DNA of 64,000 bases, taken from IMG/VR virus record IMGVR_UViG_3300005253_000455, positions 5,884-69,883 of that record, one strand, 5' to 3'. Position 1 is the first letter of the stretch. The number at the start of each line of letters is the position of its first letter. The position numbers and the translations under genes were made by a program. The notes below the pieces were generated by a model. It did no database searches. It was not told the origin of the DNA and saw only the letters and a program-made list of their open reading frames with translations. The DNA is from a virus. Shown here one piece after another: positions 19,637-31,241 of this stretch.

Positions 19637-20344
19637 TTATTCCCCTTCCAAAGTTAGATTAATCTGCCCCTTTATATATTTCTCAAAGACTTCCTCAGGA
19701 GTCTCCTCATTTTTTGGGACAACCGTGATTGTCGGGATTTCATCATTTACAAGGCCATGATAAAGAGTAGCATAGTTCTTTATCAGTTCTCCAATATAGT
19801 CATCAACAGCCCATAGTTTATGCTTTGCTTGAGTTTTCTTTTCTCCTTCTTTTTCCCGCTTCTCTATTCTTCTATAAGCTTCTTCTTTATCAAGTCCCAT
19901 GATTATTACTAAATCAGGTTGGATTTGAAGAGGCTCAAATTGCTCGTAAAGATCCATTGCAGTTTCTTGAGAGACTGGCTTGATTGAGTTGTAGCAATAT
20001 TGAGAATAGAGCCATTTATCTGAGATTACATTCCTTCCATGATCTGTTAATTCTCTTACCCATCGAGCATTATGATAATGGTCAATGAAAAGAAGCAAGC
20101 CTTGTTCAACTTGATCAAGAGAAGATGAATAGGGTCTATGAAAGATCATTTCTCGAAGATCTCCTGTGAATTGAAGTAAGCTTGAGCCAGGTTCTTTTGT
20201 TAGAACTGTGTCAATCACTCTCTCTTCGATTAGATAATCAAGAGCAAGTTGAGATTGCTTTGACTTTCCCATTCCATCAGGGCCTTCAAAGACAATAAAC
20301 TTTCCTTTTTGTTTCGGTTGTTCTTGTTGATTAGTTGGGTTCAT
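19637..20344 (-). CDS. tmk: Thymidylate (dNMP) kinase
   Basis: FIVFEGPDGMGKS P-loop, TKEPG, ISDKW..SQYCY, PDLVI. Confidence 0.88.
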   Translation of the reverse strand: MNPTNQQEQPKQKGKFIVFEGPDGMGKSKQSQLALDYLIEERVIDTVLTKEPGSSLLQFTGDLREMIFHRPYSSSLDQVEQGLLLFIDHYHNARWVRELTDHGRNVISDKWLYSQYCYNSIKPVSQETAMDLYEQFEPLQIQPDLVIIMGLDKEEAYRRIEKREKEGEKKTQAKHKLWAVDDYIGELIKNYATLYHGLVNDEIPTITVVPKNEETPEEVFEKYIKGQINLTLEGE

Positions 20345-21498
20345 CGCTCCATTCTCCTTTTATTTTACCACCTTTAACATAAGTGGTTTTGTAATACTCT
20401 ATTATAAGTTCCTCATCCCTAAAAGCTGCTCCTGTGGTATCTCCTGTGAAAACTATTTGTCCCCAATCATATCCATCTTGAACAACTTTCTCAATGAAAT
20501 GCCTTGCTTCTTCTCTTGTATCAAAAGAATCTTTGAAGTCTTGCCAACCTCCAGGAGGATAGTAGTTCTCACCAATAAAAACTAAGTAAGGTTTAAGGTT
20601 CATATTGTTCCCCTTTCTTATTTTTGATTCACTTCATTTTAATGCCCCAAGGTGGGAATTGAACGATGTTATCTTTCTTGGCTTTCATTTCAGTTAGGCC
20701 TTTAGATTGCTGAATCCCTTCTCTTGCAAGGAGATCAGTTAGAGCCAATCCTTTTCTTGCTTTCTCATTCCCCATCCTAAATTCATCCAAGATCGGTTTG
20801 ATTTGAAGATAAAAGAGTTCATCTGTTTCAAGAGCAATCAGTTCAATCCATGAAATTACAAGTAGAGCATTGTAGAGAATAGTATTTATCTCAGATGCTG
20901 AAATCTCATTAGCAATTATCCGTTCAAGGATTTCTTCTTTGGTCATTCTTCCTCCCTTAGTTAAAGAATATAATTCTGATATAGATAGCTGTTGCCATAG
21001 TTGCTATATATCCAAGTAAGATTGCTTCAATCATTCTTTTTCTCCTTCCTCAAGCTTTCAAGATATTTCCTAGAATCATGCTTCAAAGCAGTATGAGCAC
21101 GATGGAGTTGTTTCAGGCTTGAAGCTTGATCTTTCACTTTTCGTCTGAGTCGAGCGTTTTGAGAATTACCAAAGATTTCCTCGATCATTTTGGCAGTCGT
21201 TGTAATAAACTCATTTTTATCTTTAACAGTATCTCCAAGATAAAAGGTATCAGCAATTTGTTTAGCAAGTTCTATTGATTCATTGTTTAGTTTCATCTTC
21301 TTCTCCTTTTCCTTCAAAGACATGAAAAACAAGAGCACCTTCATTTAACAAGAAAGTTCCTACAAATTCAAAATCTGAATACTTCTCGTCAATATGGTGG
21401 CCAGTTCCAAAAGTTATATATGTACGAAGCTCCAATCCCTTAATATCCTCATTATCCAAAAGAACCCAAAACTGAGTGATCTGAAAAGTTAAACTCAC
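20331..21498 (-). CDS. Four small hypothetical proteins (20331-20603, 20629-20946, 21027-21296, 21280-21498)
   Basis: Tightly packed ORFs with purine-rich RBSs. Confidence 0.6.
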
Positions 21499-21518
21499 TC
21501 ATTTTATTCTCCTTTTCT

Positions 21519-21908
21519 TTAGCAGGAAATACGAGAAACCCAAGGATGTGCATCTTCTCCAATACCGAAAGTATGCCCAATTTCATGTCTTAGAACTTCG
21601 TATCTACAATTAGAATTTGGGTTGATATATATAGTCCAGCGAGAAGCTTCCAAACCTAATTTACTTTTTCTACTTCTATAAGTTATAGTAAGTCCTGCAA
21701 ATTCTAAATTTGGATCATAAAGAACTGGATTATCCCCATCTGCTTCACAATCCTTTCCCCATTCATTTCGGGCCAAGCAATAAAGCCCTGCATCTCTTTC
21801 AGAGATTTGAGAAAGATCTGCTCCGCCTGCTTCTTCAAGCAAAGCGCAGCTCTGAAAAATAAAAAAAGAAAAAAAGAGAAGAAAAAGAGTTAAAAGAAAA
21901 GATCTCAT
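21519..21908 (-). CDS. Lipoprotein with zincin metallopeptidase motif
   Basis: Signal peptide ending FQSC; LRHEIGHTFG (HExxHxxG). Confidence 0.65.
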   Translation of the reverse strand: MRSFLLTLFLLFFSFFIFQSCALLEEAGGADLSQISERDAGLYCLARNEWGKDCEADGDNPVLYDPNLEFAGLTITYRSRKSKLGLEASRWTIYINPNSNCRYEVLRHEIGHTFGIGEDAHPWVSRISC

Positions 21909-21926
21909 TTTGTTTTCCTTTCTTTA

Positions 21927-23639
21927 TTAATGGTCATTGAGATATTGTTCTAGAAGAATATTATCTTCTTTCCTAGAAGTAATTTTTAATGTAAAGGAAT
22001 CTCCAAAACAGTTTAGGTGCTCTCCTTCTTTTCCTACCATCCCCGCTCCTAAAATGGTAAAAGGAAAGCCTACATAGGATTCATAATTTTTTCTTAAAGC
22101 ATCTGCTATAGTAGAATGATCTAAGATAAAGTCAAACAGTATTAAATGTTCAAATTCTTCCCCAAGAGAGAATGAGATATATTTCATATGTTGACTCATG
22201 TTACCCCCTTATCTGGAAATGGGTCTGTGTAAATGATTGCTTGTATCTCGGGATTGCTTTCTCCAAGGAAATGATTTTGAAGTAAGACATCTTTCCGCAA
22301 TCCAACTTCGTCTGGAAGAACTTGAATTGATTCCCCTTTCTCTTTGAATCTAAGAATCTCAAGTTGAATCTTTAGACGCTCAATGTTTCTCATTCTTTCT
22401 TTTAAAGTCATAGCTTTGTTCCTTCCTTGGAAAGTTTTAATCTACAACAACTACTAAAACACCAACAGGTTTATATCCAATCTCGGAAATTTCTTGATGT
22501 TCTTGGGCCTGTTCTTTACGGTCAAAGAGCCAACCAGTTGATTTGGGATTTATACCTTCATAGAGGAATCCATGTTGTTCTTCGTGAATGAAGAGTGAAA
22601 CGAATTTGACTTCCATTTTGTTCCCCTTTCTCTTTAGATTTAATTACTTAATATTGAGTTCATATTCAATCAATTCAACTGGTGTTTTATTTGGATAAAG
22701 TGTAATTCCTCCTTGTTCTAGATTAACCACAAAACAGTGGTGATACTTTTTCTCGGTAATAATTCCAAAATCATCTTTGAAATCACTAGAAGGATAAACC
22801 TTTATGTGTATCCTTTTATTCCCCCTGAAATCTCCTTTAAACCGAAAAGGAGTTACGTGCTTTATATCCTGCAAAGTCACATCTTCCTCAAATCTCTGAC
22901 CTGTTCTATTGATTTTCATTATCTCTCCTTTCCTTTAATCAGTAAGATGCGTGAACATCGGTTGATTGGTCAAAAGAACATCATGGCATCTTATGCAGTT
23001 TATCCCGAATTTCTTGATTTCTTTGGCAGCTTCTCCTTCACCAACAATAACTGTTTTATCTGCCCATCCTGCACGACGGTACCAGTGTTGGCTTTTGTTG
23101 CAAGCTTTTGTTGCTTCTTGTTGTTCTTGTTTGTTCATATTCATTCCATTTCTCCTATCTCAAGATTATATTCAACGAGTTGAATTGAGGCTTTGATATT
23201 AATGTTTGCCAATCTTCCTTTCTTAATATCCACTACCATTTTCGTATTGCAAGATTCCTTAGCCAATACTCTGAACTTTTGATGGAAAGAGTTTGTAGGA
23301 TAAACCTTTATCCAGATAGTATTCTGTACCCTGTGAGAAAATGGAGCATGTCCACTAGGCAAGAACATAAAAGGACAACCTGGTTCAATATCCTCAAGTA
23401 GCATTTCTCCTTTTTTCTTCTTTTCAACTCTGTTGATTTTCATCTTCTTCCTCCTTCTTTCTTGATTCCTCTCGCTCATAGGCTTGAAGAATAGTTTCTT
23501 TTTCTACTTCTTTTCCCCGACCTCTTGCCATGTCCCGAATCCCCTCATCAAAAACTCCAGGAGAATTGAGGAAATTCCATTCAAGTAAACTTTGTTGAAG
23601 TTCCAAATCAGTCATTCTTTCTTTCTTTGCTGCGGCCAT
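21927..23639 (-). CDS. Cluster of small hypothetical proteins, including paralogs 22644-22919 and 23141-23443
   Basis: Packed ORFs; the paralogs share MKINR, IKVYP and VEY.L.I motifs. Confidence 0.6.
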
Positions 23640-23654
23640 TTTTATTCTCCTTTC

Positions 23655-24998
23655 TTATTCTTTCTCAATAAGATAATTGAACAGACCAATGATTGCGTTA
23701 TCATTTCCCTGATGAAAATCTAATCCGTGCCCTGGATATTCTGCATGGCACATTTCATGGATTAAGACAAGCATCAACTTTCCAACAGACTCAAGAACTT
23801 TTGCAGAAAGAGCTATCTCATTCATATCAGGACTATAAGAACCAAGAATATTTGGGTCTGTGAAAAGAACAGTTGAGATTTTCATATCTTTTATTCGGGA
23901 TATAAGATAAATATATCTAGCATCTGTGCAATCTGCCAAGATTTTTATAACCCTATCTATTCGTTTTGCTTCTTCTTCTGTTGGCTTATACTCTTTTCTA
24001 TGAATCCCACGATTTGCTACAACTTGTCGTAATTCATCCTTATCTTTCTGTCCCCCATTAAGGATTGCATAACCTGTTTTGGTTTTCATTCTAATAGGAA
24101 TAAAACCAGCATTTTCTACTAATCCAAGCATTTCTTCTGAGACACTAGATTCAACAGCATGAGCAAATTCTCCATATTTCTTTTTAAACTCATTTCTTAC
24201 TGCTGTAAGAGTTTGTCCTGAAAAGAAATAAGATGGTATCTGAGAAAATTCGGGATAAGGAGTCATGATAGCATCATATATTTCTTCTGATGTTGCATCT
24301 TGTTCAAGGATTTTAACAGTAGCATCCCTTAAAGAGCGAGGATCTACCATCCCCCTATCTCGATCAAGTTTCAAATCTGCTGGAAAGATATTATAGCCCC
24401 AATGATAACAATCTTCAAGCTTCTCCTGACCAAGATCAAGAGAAAGATACAATCCACCAGAATAAACTCTTCCAGGTTTATTCCTTAGAAGCCTTGGATC
24501 ATGTGGTCGGTCAAGAAGAATGAGTGATTTAAGCCAAGACTCAGAGACTTTCCTTTTAGGGAAGGATATCTTGATTCCTGCGGGAAAGGTTGTTCCTTTA
24601 TCCCACTTAAACATGAGAAGATCAGTTTGGAATTGATTTGAGAAGCCAATGAAGGGAATGATAGTTCCTTCAGGAGAGGAGATTTCAACTGGGATATCTT
24701 CACGGGTTAGAACGAGGCAGGCCAGTTTATAACCTTCCCCAAATTGACCAATCTCTTCTTCTTTATCAGCTTTTGTTGAGACACCAAGGAGAAGTGTTCT
24801 GATGGGAAGAGAGGCTCCCCAGTTTATCAATTGAATCCAGTTTTCTCTTTCTGGATCTTCAGAGATCTCCATAGTGAGACCCTGAGTATCTGCATCAAGG
24901 GCATTCTGTAGGAATTCTCTGAGAGCAGCAGCCACTGACCAGTGTGGAATGTAATCAGAGGTTATGGACATTTCCAAGATTTCGATGTTTTCTTCCAT
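23655..24998 (-). CDS. GHKL (HATPase_c) ATPase fused to C-terminal HExxH metallopeptidase-like domain
   Basis: ALREFLQNALDA, NWG, IGQFGEGYKLA; C-terminal LIHEMCHAEYPGHGLDF. Confidence 0.8.
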   Translation of the reverse strand: MEENIEILEMSITSDYIPHWSVAAALREFLQNALDADTQGLTMEISEDPERENWIQLINWGASLPIRTLLLGVSTKADKEEEIGQFGEGYKLACLVLTREDIPVEISSPEGTIIPFIGFSNQFQTDLLMFKWDKGTTFPAGIKISFPKRKVSESWLKSLILLDRPHDPRLLRNKPGRVYSGGLYLSLDLGQEKLEDCYHWGYNIFPADLKLDRDRGMVDPRSLRDATVKILEQDATSEEIYDAIMTPYPEFSQIPSYFFSGQTLTAVRNEFKKKYGEFAHAVESSVSEEMLGLVENAGFIPIRMKTKTGYAILNGGQKDKDELRQVVANRGIHRKEYKPTEEEAKRIDRVIKILADCTDARYIYLISRIKDMKISTVLFTDPNILGSYSPDMNEIALSAKVLESVGKLMLVLIHEMCHAEYPGHGLDFHQGNDNAIIGLFNYLIEKE

Positions 24999-25027
24999 TT
25001 TGTTTTCCCCTTCTTTTGTTGTTGTTC

Positions 25028-26963
25028 TTAGTCTTTGGTAATAAAACCAAGGTTAAGCAAGCCTTGAACATCAATTTTCATGATCTGACTATCAGGAATC
25101 TTAGCTATAACTTTTGCATTCTCCCAATGATCTTCTGGATTCATAGGACGACCAAGTTGTGCTTTGCAAAAAACCTGAAAATGTGGAAACTTCTTTGGAT
25201 TAAAGTTATCAGAATCAGAAGGTGTTTTCATTCCTGCTTGTTCTGCTGCACCCATCAACATTTCTGGAAATACTAGCATTTCATTCCCCTTTCTTAAAAT
25301 TTCTTCAAAAGAGCCCGATACAGAATGGCATCTTTACGTGAGACAGATTTAAAGAATCCCTCAAGTTCCTCATCATTCAAACTCCTCAAAAGAACCACCA
25401 TCTTCTTCTGTGGATCTTCCATTTTCTTTGCAGTAACTTTCTTGCTCTCTTTAATCTTTGCAACTCCCTCAGTTGCTTCAACGGCCCGTATCTCATCTTC
25501 ACAAGAAGGACAGCGACCCTTGAGGAGATTCTCATAATAATTGAGAATCCCACAGGTCTTACATTTAAGTCGGGGCTTGAGAACGGGGTGGGAATGTTTC
25601 TTGTTCCATTCCTTTAAGACGCGAGTGGCCTCAAGGAGATCAGATAGTTTTATAGAAACAGTAAATTCATCTAACTCATTTGAAGAAACAGAGCAAGCTT
25701 GGGCTAGATCTTCTAGGTTGTTGAGAAGAGCCGCGAAAGGTTGAAGAGCCATGATTGCTTCGGTGTGTTTGTTCACTTTAGTTCCCCTTCTCTTCTAACT
25801 CATGCCAGCCTTCTTGTTCTAATATTGGGTCTCTTGTTGGTTCTTCTTCTTTAAAATCTTCGCCAGCCTTTATACATTCATCACAGAGACTCCAACCTGA
25901 ATCTGAAATTTCCCCTTCCATCCATCTTCCACAACATCCACAGTGGCTACCTCTAGCTATTAATTCTGGAGTTCCCCAAACCATTTTGTTCCCCCTTTCT
26001 TAGAAGTCTTAGTAATTCTTATGCAACTCAATTCTTATCATAGGATAAGGAGCATTTGGAGGCTGCCCTTCAAAACCGAGAAGATGTGTAATTGAAACTA
26101 CTTTCAAGCTTTTCTCATGACATTGGGTAAGAACTTTATCCCCAATATTAGGAACTGAGCAGAAAAGTTCTGGCCAGGAATATCTTTGGTACCCATCCAG
26201 ATTTGTGTGGCAATATCCCTTTATCATCTTATTCCCCTTCTATTTGTTTAGTTCAATAGTAATCATGGGATTCTTATTCCCATCTTTCCCATGCGTTACT
26301 TGAACAATCTCCAAGGTAATCTTTCCACCTTCTGAGACTATGCTGTCCCCAACTCGCGGGACAATCTTGAAATATCGGGGCCAGAATTCCTCCCTGTAAG
26401 CAAAGAGATTGGTGAAACATCTGACTTCTATTTCCCCATTCTCATTCTCCCCTTCAATGACTTTCTTGATTGGTTCAGGAGTAAGAATACCAAGAGATCT
26501 TTTATCTCTTTCAGGTTTCATCGCTCTTTCAAGGTACTCTTTCATCCTGTTCCTTAATTCAAAAACTTGTTTTCATCAATCCAACTTGCCGCCTCATCCA
26601 AAGTTTTGGCAAAGATATGAGTGATGTAGCGGAGTTTAACCTCGGGAGTTCCAAGGTTAGCCATCTCAAGAACAAGTGCCTCAGTAGCTTCACTTATTCG
26701 CTTCTCGAAATCCTTATTTCGAGAAAGGTTTAGGTATTTGCTTTTATCTTTTCTAGCCATTAGTTTCCCTTTCAATAAAGATCAGTGTTACAACGTTCAC
26801 AGAGAAGATCATCAGTAGAATCTTCTTCTAGATCAATCATTTTAGGCATATTTGCTAAAGCAGAAGACTGCCCATTAAAAAGATCAACCACAAGAGAGAC
26901 AGTACATCTAAAACAGTACGGTAATCCATTAAGTGTTACAACCTTCATTAGATTCCCCTTCAA
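25028..26963 (-). CDS. Seven small early hypothetical proteins, several with CxxC zinc ribbons; 26009-26227 and 26240-26545 are paralogs
   Basis: ORF track plus RBSs; CKTC/CPSC, CGCC/CDEC, CFRC/CERC motifs. Confidence 0.6.
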
Positions 26964-27048
26964 TTAAGGATGCTCCTTTTTCCTAACTTTCCCGCCCAAC
27001 CAAGATTCCCCGCCCAACCAACTACGCCAAATGAACCACCAGAGGTTC

Positions 27049-27077
27049 ATTATACAGCAATGCAAAGCAAATGTCAA
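27049..27077 (-). promoter_or_regulatory. Consensus sigma70 promoter
   Basis: TTGACA-17-TATAAT. Confidence 0.88.
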
Positions 27078-27180
27078 TTGAGTTATTCATTTTTATCAGT
27101 TGGTTTTTTATAGCAACTTTTGCATTTTCTTTATCTTTTTCTTTCAATTCCATCTTGCCGATGTGCCTTTTAAGAAGCAC

Positions 27181-27209
27181 ATTTTAACACATTTTTAACC
27201 AAATGTCAA
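27181..27209 (-). promoter_or_regulatory. Tandem sigma70 promoter
   Basis: TTGACA-17-TAAAAT. Confidence 0.8.
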
Positions 27210-27334
27210 TTAGATTTTGATATTAATTGAGTTGTTCATTTTAACAACTTTAAGCCTTATTCCACTTCTTCAAAGCTGCTACTTCTTTCTCTCCTAGCTT
27301 TTCCTTTCTCTTAAAGAAGCTTTTGAAAAGAGCC

Positions 27335-29497
27335 CTAAATCTCACAACTATCATTCTCACAATAGAGCGTAGCATCTGGATTCTCCATCTTTCCTAAGCT
27401 GTTATAATTAGAGAAATCTATAGGTTTGATTTTTCTCTTCAATTCAATGAATTGCTCAGATGAAATTCCCTCATAAGGCATCTGCTTAAAGGCTCCTTTG
27501 GGGCTATGAGGAAGGAGAGAAACAGATTTAATTAAGGGAGCGAACTGTCCGAGCATTTGCTCGATTTGATTCTTCTCCGTTTCAGGGTTCCAATACACTG
27601 TGCATGAAACCATGTTATCGGACCACTCACGTTGAAGCATAGCGAGAAGTGCAAATTGCTCCCACGCACTCACCTTAGTTGCTGGTCTTGTTTTCCCTTG
27701 ATTGATTGGATAAGAGAAAACATTAGTATTCACTTGAGCTATATCAGGTTCCCAAGGAATATTAGCGGCTTTCATTAATTCACCAAGAGGAGAATCTATG
27801 CTTATTCTTATTCGACGAATAGCGTATTGGAATGTTGGGAAGTGCATTCCGCTGCTCACCCCAGCAAGTTGGGAGATAGTTCCACTCGGCTTAACTGTGG
27901 TGACTCTAATTGGCTCAGGGACGCCGCTTTCTTGGGCCATTGCCCTAGCTGTCTGTCGAACAACTAGATAGACTTCTCGGAAGATCTTAGTGAGACGAGC
28001 CGCTCCTTGTTGATCTAGCCAGTCAGCAATGCCAGAAATAGAGACTCCTATTCTTCTGTTCTTTGAAAGAACAGAATTGGTCTCATAAGAGTGAGTCATT
28101 AAAAGGGAAACTGACTGAGCATAGATTGTGGCGATGCGAGCAACTACTTTCAATTCCTGAACACTCTCACAACGGGTCGGGAACAGTTCAACCAGATTGC
28201 AGAGCTCTTTATCCTCCAACGGGATTTCCCCGCAAGGGTTACAAGAGGTTGCGTGATCAAGCCTAAGATAATCATTATCCGTATAACGGTGACCGAATCG
28301 GCCATACCGTTGAATGTTCATTACGTTGATCATACCCATATCTACAAAGTCTGCATTCTTTTGAGCAATAGTTTCAAGATAAGAGAATGAAGATGCTGAA
28401 TCTAGAAAGCATGAGTTGTTGGAAAGGCTAGAAATGTTAAGGCGATCAGCAAGATAAGATTCAGAAGGGAGGTCATTATTGTTAAGGTAATTAAGACAAT
28501 CATCATATCCTTCACCTCTGTTATCTCCCGTCTTAGAATACTCAAAGGTGCGTTCATGAACTCTTTGGATTTTAGTGGCTGTTTCATTATCGGTGTGTAC
28601 CTTGTAATTCTTAAGATCAAGAAAGGTTAGATCATTCGGGCTTCCTATTATAATCTGAGCCCCGCGACGAACATTACCTGAGACTACACAAGTCCCAACT
28701 GCATTGATTAAATCACAGATAAATCGAGTTTTGTTTATCTTTCCTTCTTGGTAGAGTTTAAAGAAATGTCTTATTCTACAGTGAAGAATCATCAATGGGG
28801 CGGGACCGGAAGCTACACCTCCAAAGCCTTTAATCGGTTCTCCGAAGGCTCGAATCGAATCATAATCAAATTCAAAATCGAAACCTTTTAATTGAGCCTT
28901 TATAAGATCATGAACTGAATTAACCCAACCTTCTCGAGTGTCAGGAATGACATCAAAAGAATTAAGAGCCTTTGGATTTACCTGAATTACTAAAGGTCCA
29001 CTTATCTCTAGTTTATACCCAACTCCACAACCACACATGAGAGCATCCATAGACCAAGCAAGATCATCAGCAAGAGAATCACAGCTTATATTTGTATTGG
29101 CGCAGTTGTTTAAGGCCATTGAGCCAATATTAAAGACATGCTCACTTCCCATAGAAAACAAACCCCGACCCGGGGCTAGGAATTTCATTTGATAGAGATA
29201 TTCAAGCATTTGGCGGGCAATAGCTTGCCACTTAGCTTCCTCCCACTTCAGACCAATTTTGTAGTACCAGTCCTTGCGGATTGAGAAGCATCCTTCTACT
29301 ACTCGGACGCAAGTATCTAGCCAAGTTTCATTCTTCGTTTCTGGTCTTTCTATTGGAGAGTCTAAATCAATAGGCCGTGAATATGTTCTATAATAAACAA
29401 TCTCCCCAAATCCACCAAAGCCAAAGGAAGGCTTAAAGCGAGCAGCTACTTCTGCAATGATGGATTGGGGCAAGTGAAATCGCTTCTCAACTATCAT
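27335..29497 (-). CDS. nrdJ: Class II adenosylcobalamin-dependent ribonucleotide reductase (monomeric RTPR type)
   Basis: YYRTYSR, PGRGL, ALNNC, GCGVG, GNVRR, NPCGE, LCNL, RRIG, TVKPSGT, C-terminal CENDSC. Confidence 0.92.
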   Translation of the reverse strand: MIVEKRFHLPQSIIAEVAARFKPSFGFGGFGEIVYYRTYSRPIDLDSPIERPETKNETWLDTCVRVVEGCFSIRKDWYYKIGLKWEEAKWQAIARQMLEYLYQMKFLAPGRGLFSMGSEHVFNIGSMALNNCANTNISCDSLADDLAWSMDALMCGCGVGYKLEISGPLVIQVNPKALNSFDVIPDTREGWVNSVHDLIKAQLKGFDFEFDYDSIRAFGEPIKGFGGVASGPAPLMILHCRIRHFFKLYQEGKINKTRFICDLINAVGTCVVSGNVRRGAQIIIGSPNDLTFLDLKNYKVHTDNETATKIQRVHERTFEYSKTGDNRGEGYDDCLNYLNNNDLPSESYLADRLNISSLSNNSCFLDSASSFSYLETIAQKNADFVDMGMINVMNIQRYGRFGHRYTDNDYLRLDHATSCNPCGEIPLEDKELCNLVELFPTRCESVQELKVVARIATIYAQSVSLLMTHSYETNSVLSKNRRIGVSISGIADWLDQQGAARLTKIFREVYLVVRQTARAMAQESGVPEPIRVTTVKPSGTISQLAGVSSGMHFPTFQYAIRRIRISIDSPLGELMKAANIPWEPDIAQVNTNVFSYPINQGKTRPATKVSAWEQFALLAMLQREWSDNMVSCTVYWNPETEKNQIEQMLGQFAPLIKSVSLLPHSPKGAFKQMPYEGISSEQFIELKRKIKPIDFSNYNSLGKMENPDATLYCENDSCEI

Positions 29498-30541
29498 TCT
29501 TGTTCTCCTCTTTTCGGTTGTTCTACTTCTTCTTTCAAATTAATAACAGTTCCATTTCTATCTATCTGGTACCGCTTATGAATTCCGGGAATTGCATTCC
29601 TAGCTTGAAGAGATAAAGGATGAAAGCCCCGCGCCCTAGCAGGAAAAACCCTATGCTTATTTGATCGGTTAGGGTTTTTTACTCCCCAACCCTTTTTCTT
29701 CATTTTGTTCGGTCTGCACTTTTTAGCTTTTGAGGCTTTACAAGTTGCCATTCCTAGCCCTTTCAAGATATGTTCCAAGTCTAGTTTTAGCTATTAGTCT
29801 TACAATAACTGATAGCTTATTCACACTCTCAATAGTTTCTGCAGTCTCTTCTTCCTCTCCCTTAACTGAAGCTCGCCTCTCCCAATCCCTATAACCTAAT
29901 TCCTTAGCCCGCTTCTTTCCAAGAGCCCGAACCTTTGCAGGAATATAAGGCTTACCTTGCTCAATCCTTTGCCGAATGTAGTAACGCTTTGAGCGCTTAG
30001 CCTTCCCACTAAGTTCCTCATTCTCAATTTGTTTTAACAAACCCTGCTCTCTGAAAATTTGATCGAGATGTTTAGGAATAAAGGGAGCAAGGGGAGTTGG
30101 GACAGTTAAAGCCTCTTCTTGTTCCTCTGCAACTCCTTCTGTTGCCTCTCTTATAATTCTCTGCTTGATACTTTCCTCATTCATTCTTCTAACTCCACCA
30201 AAGTTTGGAGAAATATAAAACTAGATTGGCTCATTTAAGTTCCCTGTTCAATGGGTGAATGATTAGTTGGATTCGTTCTGTTCTTTTTCATATCTTGTTC
30301 TAGCCTCATTATCCAATCTCTTATAATGGAATAAAAGCTCCTTCAAATCAATCTTCCTTACTCTTATTGTTTGCTCATCTAAACCTCTTTCAGTTAAAGC
30401 ATCTTCTAATCTTTGTAAGACATTAAGGAAACTCATTTCTTTCTCCTTTAAAACTTGAACTGCTGCAAAGCAGCTGAAGAAGCAAGGGGGAGGGTAGACT
30501 CTCATTGCTTCTAAAAGAAGCCCCCTACCCCTCTCTACCAT
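29494..30541 (-). CDS. Three hypothetical proteins (about 29494-29751, 29738-30184, about 30263-30436)
   Basis: ORF track; basic or helical proteins. Confidence 0.55.
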
Positions 30542-30653
30542 TCATGATCTTCATCTGATTTAGCAGCAAGCCATATAATTGGAATCATGATTAGGAAGAA
30601 TATTATGATAATAATTACTTTCATCTCCTTGCTCCTTGCTCTTGCCATCTAGC

Positions 30654-30869
30654 CCGACCAAAGCGCCTAGCTAGACCCTTTAGATGGGGTATGGTGAATT
30701 TCAATTTGAATTTGAACACAGTACATAGTATTATTTTTTTTTTTTTTTTTTTTAAGAAGAAGTCTCCCTTTCTCTTAGTTAGTAGGTATAGATAGGGGTG
30801 GTGGCAAGTTGTTGTACAACAGCAAATGCAAGGGGTAGCCTTAGGGGTCCAGCTAGACGTATTGGTCGG
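30654..30869. repeat. Imperfect 27 bp inverted repeat enclosing a T20 tract; candidate origin or structured RNA
   Basis: 30654-30680 versus 30843-30869 match at 22/27; T run at 30734-30753. Confidence 0.7.
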
Positions 30870-30895
30870 TTAAGACATTAGATTGCTAGATTATA

Positions 30896-30942
30896 ATTCT
30901 AGCAGGTTGGCCCCGAGAAGTCAATATATGGGGACGATTTTT
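30896..30942 (-). promoter_or_regulatory. sigma70 promoter with upstream AAAAATCGTCCC box
   Basis: TTGACT-17-TAGAAT; box at 30931-30942. Confidence 0.75.
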
Positions 30943-31200
30943 ATTTCATAGTTCTTATTAATTCCAACTACGTTCATTTTCTGAACAATCGCAAAGTTGA
31001 ATATTCAGCAAAACTAATTCAGTTAATGAAAAAACAGCCCCGAGAATCTTTTGAATCGGTCTAGGAAAAAACAACAAAGGCGAGATAGGAGCGGGGAGAA
31101 TCTTAATAGAAATGTTGGTATATTATATTAACTTATTAGTTAAAATAAAAAATTTCAATTAGGCGAGATGAACGGAAAAAAGTTCAATTAGATAGGTATG

Positions 31201-31235
31201 AAAAAAGGCCTAACCTAATCAATATAGGTTAGGCC
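31201..31235 (-). terminator. Rho-independent terminator
   Basis: GGCCTAACCTA/TAGGTTAGGCC stem plus TTTTTT. Confidence 0.85.
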
Positions 31236-31241
31236 ATAAAG

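Noticed and set aside
26990-27021. Direct repeat CCCGCCCAACCAA x2 downstream of the 27049 promoter
   Set aside because: Only two copies with a few bases between; not an array and no function can be supported
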